Shown: one piece after another, positions 42,988 to 54,554 of the stretch
How positions within the stretch are numbered: the stretch's first letter is position 1
Layout: every line of letters starts with the position of its first letter
NCBI GenBank assembly: GCA_002633005.1
Contig: NMRA01000059.1
Span: 103,610 to 167,609, forward strand
Reading direction: 5' to 3'
DNA length: 64,000 nucleotides
Source of the DNA: Phoronis australis
Lineage: Eukaryota; Animalia; Phoronida
Position numbers and translations under genes: made by a program
The notes under the pieces: model-generated
Told to the model about the DNA's origin: nothing
What the model saw: only the letters and a program-made list of their open reading frames with translations
Databases searched by the model: none

Positions 42988-45900
42988 CTGTTGGGAATTA
43001 CAAGATTACCATTATGAAATTGTTTACTCCTGCTACTCATCAAAGTGGAAAAGACCAGTTGGAAAGTAGATAAGTTACAATAACTATCGATTGCCTGTCA
43101 ACACGGCAAAACTGCAATGAAAGGCTTGGGGGTAGTTGTTGACAAATATCTACAAAACTATTGATGTCAACAGAGTAAATTTTCTATTTTCTAAATGTAG
43201 ATCCACTGTACAATATGACGTTTTGACTCCGTAACAATCTACCGTTAAGTGGGCCACGTGACCAAAACAAAAGATAAGATCAAATTCCATTTAGTATAAA
43301 TGGCAGACATGAAATTTCAGAAACGCTGTTACAGTTTTCCAAAAGATCGTTCCGCCTTCGTTTTATAAAAGTTTAATTCTTCTCCATGAAAATTTTAAAA
43401 GTCCCGTTTTTGATAAATCCTCATGCAAAAGTGGAACAAAACAATTTCTAGTAGCGTGTTGGCGAGCACTACACGAAGCATTATTGACTGGAAGTTAAAC
43501 TATGAATCTGATTAACCCTTTCAGAAGGAGATCTTTCTAAGTCGGTTAAATTTGGTCATTTTTATGATCTTGTATAACCTCCATGCCATAATGGTATCGT
43601 AAACTATAAACGTTAGTTCTGATAAAATTGGTTCCGTCTCTATGTTGGAAGAAATAGTTAAGTAATATTTGTCGTTTGGGTCTAATGCAAAATTGTGCAG
43701 CATATAGCTCTAGGCAATAGTGTACAGGAGGGCTAATGCTTGGCAGTCGTAACTGCAGTCCTTTTGACACGAGTGTTTCTCAATGTTTGTTAAGACTCGG
43801 CCCCACGAAAATCTGAATAACTGGATGGCTTGGCGAAGGTCTTGAATTTGGCGCGAAAAAATACTTTGTCATCAAGAAGGCAGATGGCACCAGTGATTGA
43901 ATTTTATTTTTAAACTGAAACTCGTCGGAGGAGTAGAATCCAAGTTCTTTTGCAGCTTTTTGTCGTTAATTGTTTCTCACCCGTATGATAAATCCATTGA
44001 AGGACACAATGTCTGCATGTAAGACCAGCCGGAAGAAGGAGTTGCACGTTGTAGTTGCCGCTTCCAGAATTCGGCAGATAGTAACGAGTGCCGCCACCTT
44101 TCAGCTCCAGGACATATCTAGTGTAAGAAAGGTGTGAGGTTGACATGGAAATGTTGAATTATCTGATGACCAGTAAAACTAACATTTCAACGTTTATGCA
44201 AAGTTTCCATACGTCCGTCTGTCATGGCATTGATAACCGCCGAATCGTGCTGTCGGCAGGCTTGGCGACCTTTTGGACAAGCTAGCTGAGAGGCAATTAC
44301 ACGAGTTACTAGAGGAGAGGTCACGTTATAACAGCTGGACCAACACAAACTTGCACAGTTATGAAACAGCTAGGTCTTGTGCGTAACGTTCACCCATTTG
44401 TATCGTGGGCCGTTCCGGTGAAAGTGTCGCGCGTAATTACGCTGTCATGATGACCGAGACAGTTCGCTCGTGTTTTACTACCGAAAAAGCCATATCCAAT
44501 AAGATGTAGGCTTGTATATGACGTGAGCTCTCAGTGAAGAAGTTTTACGCTCGTAATTTTTTGCTAGTAGTCACTATATGTAAGTACCTGTCTACAAGAC
44601 CAACCACCAGCTATTAAATTAATTCGCAGTTGATATTCTTTTTGTGGTGGTAATGGTTTGTTATTCAAATGTCTTGAATAAAGAGCGAGTAATTTACCAA
44701 CAGCATTGAAAAATTCTACTACGTTTTGAACAAATGTTGTTTACAATGCCATACGTCATCTGGACGCATTTTTAAGAATAAGAGAATGAAACTTTGCCTA
44801 AATATTTGAAAAAGCGATAATTTAAACAAATATAATAAAGGCATTGTCAGACAACCTGCTAGTTATACATTTTGTCACATCAATATGTACTAAAATGGAC
44901 AACTTTCAAATGACTGAGATGGTTTGGGCAGCAAGTAAAAACATTTCAGTCAGTCTTTGATATACTTTGGATCTGAGATTTTACTTTTCGAATACTTCAT
45001 AACATGTGAAAAATATGAGCGTAAAATTACGAGCGAACAACTGCTTCAGTGTTCACGTGACCAACAAACCAATTTCTCAATGGATGTAACGACTTCGGTC
45101 GTAAACGGTAAAATACGAGCGAAGCCTCGGTCGTAATTACGACCTTAATTACGCGCGACACTTTCACTCGAACGGCCAACGATACATTTGGCCAACGATA
45201 TTCATATGCCTTACACGTGGTTGATCGTATTAAATTTCGTTTTTATGTATGGATCCCATGCGCGCACCCAGAGCGAAGTGGGCAAAAACGTCCGCCCCTG
45301 AGACACAAAAAGTCCGAGAAAATGGGACAAAAGTCCACTGAATAATTGCAAACGCGGACTTCACAGCGGTGCTTCATTTTTTTTTTTTTTATTTTTTTTT
45401 TTTAGCCAGCCCGCTCTTTTGTTAGCAAAAGGTCCACACAACATCAGGAATTCAGGCATATTGAAGGCTGGGTACGCGCATGGATCCATGACGAAACTTC
45501 ACAAAGACCAATCATTAATACTCATGTGTGCTTCTGTCTCGTGCACTTTGAGAGTTTATTTTATCGTCACTGACTGAGAATAAGAAACATATTAAGCTGA
45601 CCACATATATATTGTTTCACTGTAAGTAAATCAAAGGAAAACGGAGGAACATTTTCTCACCTGTTCAAGGAAGTTTGACTAACTTTTCCAAGATTGTCTT
45701 CGCTAGGACTCAGACGAAATTCAAAGTACCCTTTATGATGCGCAGTGATTTGTATTGTTACCTTGATAACCTAAAGAACAAGAATAAAGGATAATGTGGA
45801 TAATCCAAAATGTTTAATTCAAATCTTTGTTGAACTCGAAATCCGTGAGGTGGAACTAATGAAACAAGGATGCTACTAGAGAACGTTTACCCCCTGCCCG

Positions 45901-48900
45901 TAGAAATGTTTGCACTCAGGTACTCACAGGACCTTTATACCAAAGCCCCGTGTGCGCGTTCCATGGTCGCAAGATATTCCCTAAAAGCAAGACAATGCAT
46001 GGCTTTGCGAGATACCGTCAGGCATTCCAAGCCAGGCACGTGATTACCTAGTCTTACAGACTAGTGTCGTGCGTTTACGGAACAAAACTCTGCTTTCTAC
46101 TCTCAGTACATTCAAATGGTAAAAAACATAGAGCCCTTTCATCATTAGCACCACCTTATATTCTCTAGCCATTTAAAGCGGCATGGACGCAAAAGCTTGT
46201 CAAAAATGTTTTTAAACGAAAGTACCAACTGGCAACAGCTACTTCGCAGTTGTTCACTTTCCCTGTGATGAAATTTATTGGGAAAATCAGAAAATTCACT
46301 ATTTTTGATATACGCACGAAGGAAAAATCTGTAGTCACCACAGAGTTTCTAATCTCCATCCCACTTAAGTAAATGCGCACAGTCATTTGACTAACGGCTG
46401 GCTGAAAAGATGGTTATTAACGGCAGATTTTCATAATTATGTGATCGCACTCCAAAGCTGAGGTCGACAGCATAGTATAAAGCAAGCCAGTGGAGCAAGC
46501 AATTGTCCAAAAACAATTCTAAATGCGCTTTAGAATATATTTGAATACTACGACTTCTTATATCTTATTTTAAACAATTAAGATTTACATCAATTGCCTC
46601 TTAATCGTATTGGCTGTTGCTTAAATCCCTATTGTTTTCTTTACGGTCAATGGTCACTTTTTCCATAAAAGCGAAGTGTACTAGTCTATGTCTTGCCATA
46701 CTAAATAAGGAGACGATGAGAAAATAGTATAATCATTTTTTTGAGACTTTTTATCCACCTCTTCTATTGCAAATACTGCGCGTTGTTGTGAAGGCAACTA
46801 GAAGGGACTTCAAAGCGCAGCTGACCAGTGGTACGTCTTGATACAGTACTGGAATGTGTTCCCAAGCTGAATATGTTTCCACTACAACATTCGCCGTTGA
46901 TTTGAATCCAATGTGCCATTTGAATTCCTTTACCTCGTGTGACTTGTATTCTTTGACGATGATACCGTTTGCGTATTTGTTGTCTTTACCAGGCTCGTGC
47001 AGTCTCGGTCCTTGATAGGGGTCGCCACAGACTCCACATTTTCCCATGTGCACTTTCCATTGGTTCTGTAACAAAATGTCACGTGCATGTAAGAAACTAT
47101 AGAAAACCGGTGCCCGTTAACACTGTTCTGAAGACACAATACACTCCCCCCCCCCCCCCCCCCNCAATTAACCCCGGTAATTAACATTATACGACTGAAA
47201 CAAGATTTAAATGTGTGCATTTTTAGTGTGTTTGGGGGAGGGGGCTCAGATCAAATTTCAAGTGTCAAATTCGGAACACGGCGCAATCGTAAAGGAACTA
47301 TGGCTAGGTATAGGCTCTCCCGCGATACCCCAGACGACCGGCAGTGGTGCTGCCCACCACGACTCCGTTTCTGTCGCCTGCTTCATTGTGCAATGAAGAA
47401 AATTACTTCATTTTTTTTAAAGAAAATGGAACCTGAGTGACAATGAAAAACCAGAAGCTGCTAGTAAGATGTGAATTTTAATAGAAGCCTCAGTGAATCA
47501 CTGAGAAACTCTTTGTCAAACCTTAACTTAAGACGATTTCCAAAGCAATCGCGTCATTAATGCAAACACAAAAAACGGATTTGGTCTTTTGGGCAATTGA
47601 AGACTATTTTAAATACAACAAATTTGTTACGAAATAATTGCACAAAATATAAAAAGTGTAATAAGTATTACAAAAAGAAGTAGGTTTCGCGTAGGTCTCT
47701 TACTATCATATTACCAGATATATCGTGGTGGTGCAGTGATAAAGCACGCGCGCTCTGTTCGTCAGGTTGTGAGTTCGAGTCTGTGGTAATCGCAGTTTTT
47801 CAAGTTTAACACGTTCTCCGTGTTTTTTTTTTCTTGGCTAATACTTCAGGAATCAAGGAAAATGCTGGATTTTTAGAGCAAAAAATCAGAAAACTTTTCC
47901 TGGGCGGGAGTGGGGTTTATGGGCGGGAGTGGGGTTTGCCCCCCTCCCGACTTCCCCCCATTCTGTGCTATGCGCATCTACAGTTGTGTTCACTGACAAA
48001 ATGTTGCCCCCCCCTTGTGATATCCTAGATCCGCCGAGTTTCTAGTTCAAGTTTGCACTTGACCCTTTTTTGTGCTACAAACTCGAGTAAAATCTCGAAA
48101 TTTCTAGTTCAAACTCGAAGTTTTAGCCTTAATGTTGGGTTTATCAACTGTAAACTAGGACTAATAAATTATCCACGTAAGCAATTATGCACTCGAGCAT
48201 ATAATAATTGACACTTATCTTGAATTCTCACAAAAGTAGAGTAGAGAGTGCCAAACATAATTTCGAGTTCCATTTCGGGTCCCTATTTTGGCTAGATTTC
48301 CCTAGTCGCGAGACAGCTATTGAACTCAATCCTGAACTCACGCGATTAGAAATTTTCTGCTCTGATTGGTCACTACTACAGTGACGCGACCATGAACGTC
48401 ACTGAGCATGTTGGAGCTGAGGGAAGACAAAGGCGACGTTTCAAAGCCTTTCCATATGCGTGTAGAACAATAGTATTCCATTTTATTAGAGCTTTAAAAA
48501 TGGACTGAGCTTGATGCACGGTGGTGCACGGTGGTGCACAACTCGTGGATACAACTGTTGCTGTACAGAAAGTTTCATTACACGAATGAGCTTTTTACAG
48601 TTTAAATATTTGTAAAAAAATGGCATCGTGCATTTTTACTGAAACACAGGGTTATCCGGCATGTTTGAATAGACGTTTTCACCACAGGGCGTGCGTCATC
48701 TGTTTATTGTACCCATTCTTTGTATGATGATAAGCTTTAGTCGTCTTTGAAAAGTCTACAATTCTTTTAAACGTCCACAAGAACTCAGGTATCCCACATC
48801 AATGATGGAGTGTGGGTGATAGGGTCAGTGCAAAGTCAGCTAAATTCATGTGCGTATTTGACGTAAATGTGAGATGACTAATGCGCAAAACTCCTGTGAA

Positions 48901-51900
48901 ATCATGCTTCGGATTGAAAGATATTTATCAAAGTATTTCCAACAAATTTTCAAGTCATAAGCAAACTTTGCTTTGGCCATTTTTGAAGATTAGCGTACCC
49001 GTCGTATTTGGCATTGCGATTATGACAGTGTTTGTCCACTGACTTGGCTTAAGTGGACAGATCGTAGAACAGTGAAGCTAGCGAAAGACAATTTCATCAA
49101 AAACAATGACTGATCTGTTCGTGAAATTGTGCTATAAGCATTTCCGTCCGTTCAGAAACGCATCATTATGAAAGTGTTTGCTGTCACATGTCACGTGCGA
49201 GTAGCATCCAGCGACTAGAACACAAAAGTCACACCTTCGCCTACCAAAAATTAAATAATGACATAAGTGGGTTTCATAGCTCTGTTCAACTCATAGTTTT
49301 ATAAGTCTAAAGTGAGTAACAAATATAATTTATTCATCAGGGCTGGGTTGCATAAAACTTCAAAGTTATCTGCTAGATAAGTTTGACTGTTGCATGACGT
49401 CATGTGCATTGTTCAACAATAACAACGTGACGCGCGATAATGCGACGTCATTGTTGCTATACGGCGTATAAAGCTTATGCAACTGAGCCCAGTTTGATAA
49501 CGGTTACATAAGAATTCATTTTGAAGTAAAATGTATCGAAAGACACAAAGAAATAAATTGATATTTACGGAGTAGTTGTTTTCGTGGGAGTCGTCGCATC
49601 TTTTGAAATCATGAAATACCTCGATCGGTGCAACACAAACTGGATCATTCCCTTTTGTAAAGATGCCATTTTGTGTTTCTTCCAAAATAAACTCTGTCAG
49701 ATAATCACCTACTCTGAGTTGACTCTTACTTTTTACGGACGGACTACGAGGTACGTGTTCGTGACGTATTGGTAAAAAGCGCCAAAAGGTTCTTAAACGA
49801 GTACCTTTCTTTGCAGAAGTGTGTTTAATCAACGAGTGGTTTTGGTTCTTCCACGCTATTTTTTAGTTCTAAAATGATCATCTGTTCTTATTCAACACGC
49901 ACTTTTGCTCAATCAACGCCAAGGTACCTAAACTACACGGCTCATAAACACCGGCACAGACGCATGAACACGACTCACGGACCTGCAAACACTGTCTACT
50001 GACTCACAAACACGGGAACGGACTCACAAAACACGATCCACGCACCCAAATACACGGGACACGGACTGATATTCACGAGGAGACACGGTTAACGGACCGC
50101 CAAACACGGGTCATTGACTCATCGCCTTTCTGGTTCAGCTGACATCTTTATTTTGTCCGTAAACCGTGTTTGGCGGTCCGTTAACCGTGTTTCCTTGTGA
50201 ATATGAATCCGTGTCCGTGTATTTGGGTGCGTGGATCGTGTTTTGTGAGTCTGTTCCCGTGTTTGTGAGTCAGTGTACGGTGTTTGCAGGTCCGTGAGTA
50301 GTGTTCATGCTTCCGTGTCGGTTGACCGTGTAGTCTAGGTACCTTGAACGCGTAGTTTTAATTAATCAACGTAGTCTGAAACACACCTGTTTCTAACAAT
50401 GTTAACGGCGCCATCGTTTAGGTGCCGGTCATTTAATAAGAATCTGCAACATTCTTCAAAAGTTGCTTTACGCCCATGTAGAAAGTCTGCCGCAATCTTG
50501 AGATCTTAGGGCAAGGTCGCGATTGGAAATGAACTGACTAAAAGCACGCGTTGGCGTTGATTAAGTTACTTACACTCCTTGGTTAAACTATGCTTTGATT
50601 AAGTTAAACTGCGCTTTGATTAAGTTAAACCATGCGTTGATTAAACAAAAGTACGCGTTTAATTCTAGCAGAACGATAATCTTTTAAGAACTAAAAGTAC
50701 GTGTTGATTAAGCAAAACTACGCGTTCATTAAGCACATTTTTACAACGCGCAGAGGAATATTACTCGTTTAAGAAACCTTTGGCGCTTCATAAGTGTTGA
50801 TGAGTATTGTGCCTATCAAACGACTCGTTATCTCGATGTTGCTTGATGCAATCAGTACCTGATGATTTGGTAAATTGTGACTGAACGTCGTAAAGAATGT
50901 GATTTTCATTTAAGAAGTTATGGACAGCGCTCTTAATTTGTCAAGTACAGCGCGCTCTACTGGTCGTAGACTTGAATGTAAATAAACAAATGATACAAAT
51001 CTTGTGTTATCGTGCACAAATACTAAATCAGCTCTGTGACTTCATCCAAGGCGCATTTCATAAGGCATAAGTAGCCAATAAGTTGATAACAGGCAAATAA
51101 ATATTTATTGCCTTTTGGTTCCGTCAATTTGTAGACATTTTGATACTAATGTTAGAGCTTTGATATATTTACTTTGTGAAATTTGCGAAGCGTCCATTAA
51201 GCAGCTACAAAATCGTCTTATGTGTCAAAAAGCTCACGACTAATTAATGCTTTACCTTCATAAAGTCAGTCCATTTTCTTACTCAAATTATAAGTTGTTT
51301 CTGGGTTTGCGACTGAAAAAAGTGACATTTCGTCTGTGCTTGATATCCCGAGCTGCATATTGAAATGAAAGTCCGAGTGTGTCTGGATTACGTTCTGGAG
51401 ACGTAGCATACACTCGTGAAAAAGAAAAATGACGCAGGTTTTCACGAGATATCGCCAAGCATCACAAACGAAGCACGGGATCACACTAGGGTGAGTTAAC
51501 ATGCCAATGTCTGTCGTCTACAAAACGACCTCATGATCTAAGCAATGGCAATTTAATCTAAGCACGAATCGAGTTAAGCATGCGCGCACCGAGAAAATGA
51601 GACAAAAGTCCACTAAACAAGCACAAACGCACAATTCACAATGGTGCGCCGGTTTTTTCTTTTTTTTTTAGTCCGCAGGCTATTTTCTTACCAAAAGGTC
51701 GACAACGTTAGGAATTCGAGCCCCTCCATCTTGAAGGCTGGGTGTGCGCATGTTAAGGGGGGTGTGTATATAGCGGTACGTTGCTTAATCAACTTTTTGA
51801 CAGAAGACAGCTTTTAGCAGTTTAAATGGCATTCGCTAAAACTGCTATACGCCCACATTCTGTCAAAAAATCTCGTGATTAAAGGCCTCTTATAGTTATG

Positions 51901-54427
51901 AAATTATTCGTAATTCAAACTAGAGAGTAATTCATTGACGTGGAAGAAACTGGTCTAATTGGTTACTGTTGCTTCAACAAATTAGTTCGTCACGCGCTCG
52001 CATAATATCAAGTAGTAACAAAAAGTCGGTGTTTACAAGCTCAGAAACCATCTCCCATGTGAGGGTAAACAAGAAAAGCATTTTACAGGTATACTGATCA
52101 ACCTGCGCCATGTGAGACTAGCATCTTTTATCTTGAGACACCAGTCACGTGCAGTTTTATTTAACTTGTACAGCGTTTTGTTATTCTCTTTCTCCTGCCT
52201 ATAAGTTCCGCGTTCACTTGACACTTTTTGGCTTTTTGATTGTCTGAGCTTCTTTTTTATTGTTTCGATAATTCTTTCTGTCGGCTATCCACGCATGCGC
52301 GTTCGCTCAACCATCGATCGGCATGTTTGAATTTTGTCTCATGGCAGTTCTGCGTGCAACTTCGGAGTATGTTTTTTGTACTTGATTAAATTATACCTAT
52401 TTTTAACTACCGTAATTTATAAACAACATTAACCAATGTTATTTTGAGGATAATTTAACTACGAGCTATCTTCACATCGCACCTTTTATATAAAATATTT
52501 GCGTATGAAAGTCATGACGAACGCCATGCACGACGCTTACCTCACGTCTGCACATCTGATAGTGGTCGTCGGGAAATCTCTCAAGTCACTGCTTGAATGT
52601 ATATGATTTATTCCTTAAAGAAATTTGATAACATGCAACTGGAGATGGACTGCCTTCTGACTATGCTTCCAATTGTTTTAGATTACTTATAAACTTGTCA
52701 GGTTTTTTGAGTTAGTAGAAATTAACCGGATTTTACCAAGTCGATGATTCATCTCGACCGTGACGCACATGTAGGGTTCAGCGAAAGGACGTGGCAAACG
52801 CGCTGTACATAACACACAAAACATAACACGAGGTAAACACGATATCTTGAAAAGACTCGCTGGAAGAATGAGGAAATATTAAATGTCCCCTTACCGCTAA
52901 AGACACGATTATGCGTTCTTTTGAATCTTTACATAGTCAGACGTCATTATCAAGGCCGTATTCAGTACTTGTTATATTAATCTTTATTTATTTATTCACT
53001 GTGATACTTAAAATGAGGGTGGCCTATTCAGTGATAGCATTGCTTTCCAAGAGGGCCCCCAATCTGCCTATTAATAGCGTCGATATAGTGCGAGTCCAAG
53101 TCTACATATTCCGCGCTAAATTTTTCTGTTGAATTAAGAACTAAAAAATCATTGCCTGTGTAAACAACCTTGATTCCTTACAACATTCGATTATCTAAAC
53201 AAGTGATGAACGAATCATTTTTTCAACGATTGCTCCATTATTCCTTGCACGCGTCATTCACATGCTGCATGATGTGACAACATTTTCATGTTTAAATAGT
53301 AGTTCCGACAAATTTCAAGCTTGGATAAGACTCATTGGCAGTTCTAGGATCCAGCCGCGATGAGAGTGAGAGAGGGAGAGAGGGAGAGCTCCAAAGGGAG
53401 GTCTATGGTTTGTTGACATCTATATACAAATAAGAGGCCCACTGGCGTAACATCTGGCCACGATGATAGAGGGGTCCGCTTGCACATGTAGAATACAGGT
53501 CCAACGGCGGATCAGTGTCGCGTTAAGTTGGTAAAGTTAAGCACAATTTCTAAAGGCTTCGTGTACCTTTTGGGGAGGATACTTTTACGATTCTTGCTAT
53601 AAAAATGGCATGATTAGTGAGAACATGTTTATGTCAGACGAACTGTATTAATCGTATTGGTTATAGTTGTTACCGTGACTCATTTTAATATCTGTGCTCA
53701 CTGACTAAGAAAAACTCCCGACTATTTCAGCTAAGGTCTCGAGTGATTTTTTTTTTGAAAATCTGCTCAAAGGCACCAAACCAGGGGTAACCATGATTTG
53801 CGATGATTAAAAACAAATGCTGTATAATTTTTACTCGTCTTGGACCACAAGCAGCTATGTTTGACCTTATACAGACAAAACCAACAAACTGTAAGTCTAA
53901 AGAAGTTGTGTTTTGAGGTGCACCTGTTATAGGACTATGCCATCTCCTTTCTCAATTCGCTACTCCTGGACGTCAACAAGCATTTGCCTTCATCGGTGAC
54001 GACCACGGCCAGACTCTAGTAGTTTTAGGCCACAATATCAATACAAAAAGGAACAAAAGTGAAACGATTTGGCATCAATGGATGTCACAAGTAGACACGT
54101 TGTTTTGTAAGTGAGCATGCAACTGTAAATGAGATCGATTCATTTACTGTGCCTGTTTCCCTTTGATAACAAGTTGGTACAACCAATGCCGGAAAACTTG
54201 CTGCGTAAAATTTTTTTAGTTGTGTTTTTTAGAAGTTAGAAGCCATTGTTACTAACCTGAGCTCCTCCACAAAATCCCTGATTGTCGTTGTAATCTTTAG
54301 GATTGTCAAACCCGTATCGCCACATGGATGCACGGGAGGGCGGGTCAATCATTCGCCCATGACTGTTCACGGTAATTACAAAGCTGGCAAAAACGGAAAG
54401 AGAAAAACACAAGGTGTTGAACCCCAT
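42284..54427 (-). CDS. Secreted lytic polysaccharide monooxygenase, AA15 family (chitin-binding type-4/LPMO_10 domain), 417 aa, 5 exons, with Thr/Pro linker and two Cys-rich C-terminal modules
   Basis: Exons 54427-54257, 47065-46934, 45770-45661, 44117-43981, 42987-42284 (1254 nt, phases consistent). A 22-aa signal peptide is followed by His1 (HGRMIDPPSRASMWR), then FCGG, GKCGVCGDP, TAHHKGYFEFRL, LPAGLTCRHCVLQW, GNSWG and QEEFRACADV, which are canonical animal AA15 motifs. Confidence 0.93.
43981..44117 (-). CDS. AA15 LPMO exon 4
   Basis: cactag|atatgt ... acgg|gtgaga; YVLELKGG...LPAGLTCRHCVLQWIYHT. Confidence 0.92.
44401..45184. mobile_element. Non-autonomous DNA transposon with long (~160 bp) degenerate TIRs and 6-bp TSD
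   Basis: tatcgtgggccgttccggtgaaagtgtcgcgcgtaatt / aattacgcgcgacactttcactcgaacggccaacgata; CATTTG directly on both sides. Confidence 0.8.
45257..45482. mobile_element. MITE (CATGCGCG termini), copy 1, 5-bp TSD GATCC
   Basis: TIR catgcgcgcacccag / ctgggtacgcgcatg; homologous to 51579-51752. Confidence 0.82.
45661..45770 (-). CDS. AA15 LPMO exon 3 (second His of the brace)
   Basis: ctttag|gttatc ... aacag|gtgaga; VIKVTIQITAHHKGYFEFRLSPSEDNLGKVSQTSLN; not in the ORF track. Confidence 0.92.
46934..47065 (-). CDS. AA15 LPMO exon 2
   Basis: ttacag|aaccaa ... gag|gtaaag; NQWKVHMGKCGVCGDPY...KSHE. Confidence 0.92.
47724..47800 (+). mobile_element. Degenerate tRNA-like (Pol III) sequence, probably repeat-borne
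   Basis: A-box-like TGGTGCAGTGA, B-box AGTTCGAGTC, then TTTTT; the stems do not close. Confidence 0.35.
48036..48277 (+). repeat. Dispersed ~245-bp repeat, copy 1
   Basis: gagtttctagt...gctacaaactcgagtaaaatctc...aaagtagagtaga...gccaaacataatttcgagttccatttcg; same as 61012-61264. Confidence 0.85.
49341..49489. mobile_element. PIF/Harbinger-like MITE (149 bp)
   Basis: TIR ggctgggttgcataa / ttatgcaactgagcc; TSD CAG; termini related to 8602-9009. Confidence 0.75.
49773..50792. mobile_element. MITE with ~30-bp TIRs and subterminal ~21-bp repeats (host of a nested element)
   Basis: aagcgccaaaaggttcttaaacgagta / tactcgtttaagaaacctttggcgctt; repeated aatcaacg / cgttgatt motifs in mirror orientation; exact ends uncertain by a few bp. 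Confidence 0.7.
49920..50346. mobile_element. Foldback MITE (~190-bp TIRs) nested in 49773-50792; 5-bp TSD AACGC
   Basis: caaggtacctaaactacacgg ... ccgtgtagtctaggtaccttg; arms are near-perfect inverted copies. Confidence 0.88.
51579..51752. mobile_element. MITE (CATGCGCG termini), copy 2, 5-bp TSD TTAAG, internally deleted
   Basis: Shares gagaaaatg.gacaaaagtccact, a poly-T tract, caaaaggtc and ttgaaggctgggt with copy 1. Confidence 0.8.
54257..54427 (-). CDS. AA15 LPMO exon 1 (signal peptide plus His1)
   Basis: ATG at 54427; MGFNTLCFSLSVFASFVITVNS|HGRM...GFCGGAQ; donor cag|gttagt. Confidence 0.92.
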
Positions 54428-54523
54428 GACAGTTCTACTTGGTTTCCACGGATTATTTGTCTTAGAGCTCGATCCGCTCTGGTCTCCTGGCTTGCCTGTT
54501 TCTGGACAACCAAAATACACTCG

Positions 54524-54554
54524 CCCTATATAAGCACTTCTTGTGTCACGTCAC
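54524..54554 (-). promoter_or_regulatory. Probable LPMO core promoter: TATA box plus adjacent CRE/ATF-like site
   Basis: The minus strand reads GTGACGTGAC...GCTTATATAGGGCG, about 100 bp upstream of the ATG. Confidence 0.55.

Noticed and set aside
42615-43073. 152-aa Val/Gly-rich plus-strand ORF
   Set aside because: Antisense shadow of the Thr/Pro linker of the LPMO.
51753-51775. ttaaggggggtgtgtata resembling the Kolobok terminus at 23641
   Set aside because: TTAAG is explained as the TSD of the adjacent MITE and no partner TIR was found.
54428-54520. N-terminal extension of the LPMO in the ORF track
   Set aside because: It starts at a non-ATG codon immediately after the TATA box; the ATG at 54427 gives a normal signal peptide ending before His1.
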